64,000 nt of DNA from Macrostomum hystrix (lineage: Eukaryota > Animalia > Platyhelminthes). The notes under the pieces are model-generated. The model was not told the origin of the DNA and did no database searches. It saw only the letters and a list, made by a program, of their open reading frames with translations. The position numbers and the translations under genes were made by a program. Numbering within the stretch: the stretch's first letter is position 1; the number at the start of each line of letters is the position of its first letter. Positions 59,957-64,000 of the stretch are shown in pieces. The stretch is from assembly GCA_950097015.1 (NCBI GenBank), contig CATNEN010000024.1:5456001-5520000 (forward strand). The letters are read 5' to 3'.

Positions 59957-60895
59957 TGGAGCAGCGAGCTGCCGCGAAACATGATGCTGCCGCAGGAGCC
60001 CGCAAGCACGCCACAGGAGCCCGCAAGCGCACCGCAGCCGTCGTCAGTAATGCCGCATCCGACCCGACGAGCGCCACTACGGCCCTGCAGGTGACCAACG
60101 GCTGCGGCGGCGGCGGTGGTGATGACTTCATGCCGCTGACTGTATGAGGCAACGGCGGTGAGGGTATCATAACAACTCTTTTTCATGCATGTAACTATAT
60201 TCATAAAGGACAAATAATCATTTTGCACTGCTCGTCTTTCTAATGATTTACAGTTTCTTATAATAAATTGGAAACAGCAATAATAGTGTGTCTACCTTTT
60301 CATTTCCAAAATGTTTATTACGGCTAGCAATAGATCAAATAAAAAAATAGTGTTTAGTGTGCTTAATTGAAAATATCTTGACGCTACCATGAGCAGCAGA
60401 AGAAACAGCATGACTGTATTTAATAGCACAATTCTAACACAATGCTAAGCACAATTCCATTATGCAAGCCCTCGTTCTATTGTCAAATAGTTCTCCTATA
60501 CTGTTTTACAACCTAGCTCGGCGAATTTTTTTACTGTATTGCTTTCCCACATTTTTGCAAACGTTAGTACAGCTTTACCATAGATTTTTTTTAGATTTAC
60601 CAGTTTCTGTATGAATACAGCAGTTTTTCTCTTTACCATTCTGGTCACTGAATTTACCACAAAATTAATCAGTTAATTTGGCTTTTTGCCAAGCTGCAGC
60701 GCTGTTGAATTTTACTTTCGGCTAAAAGCCGCTGTTTTTTGTAATCGATCATAATCACAGAGAAATCGATCAAGACCACCGAGTAATGGATCATCAAATA
60801 TCACGGAATACAAAAAATCTGTTTAGAAAGGTAAGATGTTGAAGAACTCGATGCTACGAGATGGCAGGTCAAAGCGTCTGAGCGGTCTTTCAAAG

Positions 60896-62253
60896 CTATG
60901 TGATTGCTGCTTGCCCGTTGGTTTGAGGCTGGTCCGTCTCAGCGGCCGTCTGATTTGATGCCAGAATTGGCTCGTTCGACTCATCCACTGAGAATTCGTT
61001 CACCTGCATCGCTACATCGCAGCACCAGCAGCCTCCATCGCTATCACTGTCACCGTTGCCACAGACCTGAAGAGAAACGAAGTAAATTACAAAGTCTATG
61101 AACTTCATAGACTTTAAAGAACTGAAAAGAAGTTCATAACTAATTGCGTAACTATTAACTAGTTGATATAGTAAAATATCAATAGCTAAAAATACAGATA
61201 ACAAATAAAATCCTTTCAACTAATCCAGCAGGATTAACTTCCAACCAACCAACCAACCAACCAACCAACCAACCAACCTGAGGACAAATTTCTCCTCGGC
61301 GGAACTGCACCGCCAGAAGGCCGATCAAGGCTAGCGCTGTTAGGAGTGCAAAGGTTGAGACGAAGCCTCCAACCAGTGTGGCGCCGAAGGATGCATCGCC
61401 TGGGCTGTATAGTGTGGTGCTGGCCATCACCAGCAGCAGAACAGAGAATGCTGCGCCGGCGAAGCACTTCAGCCAGAAAATCCCCTGCAGGAGGCAACTT
61501 GGCTCTGCTCCCGGAGGAAACAAAAGCTGATGACAAAGCTCACATTTGCCACCGCGGCTGCTCTTGTAGGCATATTCCTGTCAGGATTTTCGCGTAATTT
61601 ATGGGCTAAATAATAATTTTATAATTCATGATACCTACCCTGATAAAGTCTAATGTGCAGCTGACAGCACAGCCGTAGCTATTGCGCGGTGCATCTGAAG
61701 GCTGCGTATCTGGGGGGAACGCAACCCACCCCAATTACAATGACTAAGGCATGTACCCATTTAACAGTTGGGGATACTGAAGCCATGCAGAGTTCACTGT
61801 CTTGCTAAAGTACACAAATTGCTCCAGTGATATCGGGAATCGAACCCCCGACCTTTAAGTCGTGAGTCTAAACACTCGTCTAAAACCCCCTTTATGGGCC
61901 ATGCTTTTTATCCTACTTGTAGTAGGATAAAACTTTGGCTAGTCAATTATTTAACAAAAAACCACACAATCCACAGTAAGGTTCCTCAATGTAAAAATCT
62001 GCCTAAAATCGACCTGAGCTACGGAAAGCGAAGGCGCATTAACCTGCAAGCACAGGTAGCAGATGTGCCGCATTGAGCCCACAGAGCAGGCACAGTGCAG
62101 CCTGACCAGCGCGTTGATTCGGCCGCCGCCAGCCAGGATGTCGATGACAAACCTGGCGAGGCCGGTGTTAATCTCCTGCCTGGATTGCAGGCAGATCCGA
62201 CAGCAGCTGTTGAGCTGGGCCGATCCGCCTCGCTCTGAGTCCTTTGTCGGCAT
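60896..62253 (-). CDS. MARCH-type (RING-CH/RINGv) membrane E3 ubiquitin ligase; exons 62253-62044, 61577-61278, 61066-60896 (226 aa)
   Basis: CRIC...CAC.VGS....CYLCLQ|EYAYKSSRGGKCELC, reconstructed by phase-0 GT-AG junctions, followed by two hydrophobic helices. In-frame stop upstream of the ATG. Confidence 0.85.
61668..61885 (-). mobile_element. Second copy of the tRNA-derived SINE (in MARCH intron 1)
   Basis: Reverse complement ...gacttaaaggtcgggggttcgattcccga...ctgttaaatgggtac...tacgcagccttcagatgcaccgcgcaatagctacggctg matches 42640-42866. Confidence 0.85.
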
Positions 62254-62633
62254 CGGCGCAATTTATCTGATGCTAACAGGTCTGTATAAAAAGTTTATAA
62301 AATTCAAGAGAGTGAGCCCTTACTCTCCAAGGCCAGGCGTACTGAATTGCTTTTATAGTGCTCTAATTATATGTACGTGTGACAATACAATGGACAGAAA
62401 GTATAACCCATTTATTTATTTATTTCTATGCGAGCGCTGTTCGGGCCATCGGTTTGTTCCTTCAATTAGGTACGCTCATGAGGTGAGTACATAGCATATG
62501 CATATCAAAGTCCAGAAATATATGCATCTGTGACGACAAATTTAAAAATAAACTGGCAGCTTCTCGAAGAATAAGACTCAAAGATTCGCCGTTAGTGACT
62601 CAAGAGGCACCACCGGCGTTGATCATCCGATTA

Positions 62634-62665
62634 GGGTACCCCTTACCTCCCTGGCTACGCCCCTG
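62634..62665 (-). mobile_element. Isolated hAT-like terminus
   Basis: Reverse complement caggggcgtagccagggaggtaaggggtaccc. Confidence 0.45.
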
Positions 62666-62694
62666 AGCTCAGTCACCCTACTATTCCCTCGGTC

Positions 62695-64000
62695 GCTCGA
62701 GAAATTTCACCGGCTATTGAGAACACCGGCTCTCTCTAGAAATCTCAACGGCTCTCTCGGGAAATCTCACCGGCTCTCTCTAGAAATCTCACCGGCTCTC
62801 TCGAGAAATCTCACCGGCTCTCTCGAGAAATCTCACCGGCTCTCTCGGGAAATCTCACCGGCTCTCTTGGGAAATCTCACCGGCTCTCTTGGGAAATCTC
62901 ACCGGCTCTCTCGAGAAATCTCACCGGCTCTGTTGAGAAATCTCACCGGCTCTCTCTCGAGAAATCTCGCCGGCTTTCTTGGGAAATCTCACCGGCTCTC
63001 TTGGGAAATCTCACCGGCTCTCTCGAGAAATCTCACCGGCTCTCTTGGGAAATCTCACCGGCTCTCTTGGGAAATCTCACCGGCTCTCTTGGGAAATCTC
63101 ACCGGCTCTCTCTCGAGAAATCTCGCCGGCTCTCTTGGGAAATCTCACCGGCTCTCTTGGGAAATCTCACCGGCTCTGTTGAGAAATCTCACCGGCTCTC
63201 TCTCGAGAAATCTCGCCGGCTCTCTTGGGAAATCTCACCGGCTCTCTTGGGAAATCTCACCGGCTCTCTTGGGAAATCTCACCGGCTCTATTGGGAAATC
63301 TCACCGGCTCTCTTGGGAAATCTCACCGGCTCTCTCTCGAGAAATCTCGCCGGCTCTCTTGGGAAATCTCACCGGCTCTCTTGGGAAATCTCACCGGCTC
63401 TCTTGGGAAATCTCACCGGCTCTCTCGAGAAATCTCACTGGCTCTCTCGAGAAATCTCACCGGCTCTCTCGAGAAATCTCACCGGCTCTCTCGAGAAATC
63501 TCACCGGCTCTCTCGAGAAATCTCATCGGCTCTCTTGGGAAATCTCACCGGCTCTCTTGGGAAATCTCACCGGCTCTGTTGAGAAATCTCACCGGCTCTC
63601 TCTCGAGAAATCTCGCCGGCTCTCTTGGGAAATCTCACCGGCTCTCTCTCGAAATCTCACCGGCTCTCTCGAGAAATCTCACCGGCTCTCTTGGGAAATC
63701 TCGCCGGCTCTCTTGGGAAATCTCACCGGCCCTCTTGGGAAATCTCACCGGCTCTCTTGGGAAATCTCACCGGCTCTCTCTAGAAATCTCACCGGCTCTC
63801 TCGAGAAATCTCACCGGCTCTCTCGAGAAATCTCACCGGCTCTCTCGAGAAATCTCACCGGCTCTCTCAAGAAATCTCACCGGCTCTCTTGGGAAATCCC
63901 ACCGGCTCTCTTGGGAAATCTCACCGGCTCTCTTGGGAAATCTCACCGGCTCTCTCGAGAAATCTCATCGGCTCTCTTCGGAAATCTCACCGGCTCTCTC
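62695..64000. repeat. 21-23-bp minisatellite running off the right edge
   Basis: gaaatctcaccggctctc(ttgg/tcga), ~60 copies. Confidence 0.97.

Noticed and set aside
62979-63582. 193-aa repetitive ORF
   Set aside because: Translation of the terminal 21-23-bp minisatellite.

Overview
Eukaryotic (animal) genomic DNA, not prokaryotic: it has spliceosomal GT-AG introns, a tRNA-derived SINE family and introns filled with minisatellites. The style is consistent with a free-living flatworm such as Macrostomum; this is inference only. 1-19 kb: a head-to-tail minus-strand run of host genes: DEG/ENaC channel, FAAH amidase, orphan coiled-coil ORF, NDUFS7, PDCD6/ALG-2 and a C2H2 zinc-finger gene. 20-32 kb: nested DNA transposons. 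A hAT MITE sits in a Helitron, which sits in a TIR element, followed by a ~9 kb long-inverted-repeat element with a decayed Mutator-like transposase/Ulp1/PHD region and two large minisatellites. 32.6-38 kb: a 7-exon TSC1 (hamartin) gene. 38-45 kb: satellites, a SINE and tRNA-Pro(CGG). 45.8-60 kb: a dense transposon nest with two Crypton/DUF3504-type tyrosine recombinase (YR) genes, one intact and one decayed, both inside inverted repeats. The nest also holds a third, phage-integrase-like YR relic, lox-like palindromes, a long-TIR mariner with 42-residue D-D spacing, a Tc1 deletion derivative and several MITEs, with a strongly enriched CCATAGAC motif shared among them. A LicD/fukutin-family gene lies between the second and third YR loci, and a MARCH-type RING-CH ligase with a His-to-Cys ligand swap follows at 60.9-62.3 kb. 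All annotation was done by eye; no database searches were run.
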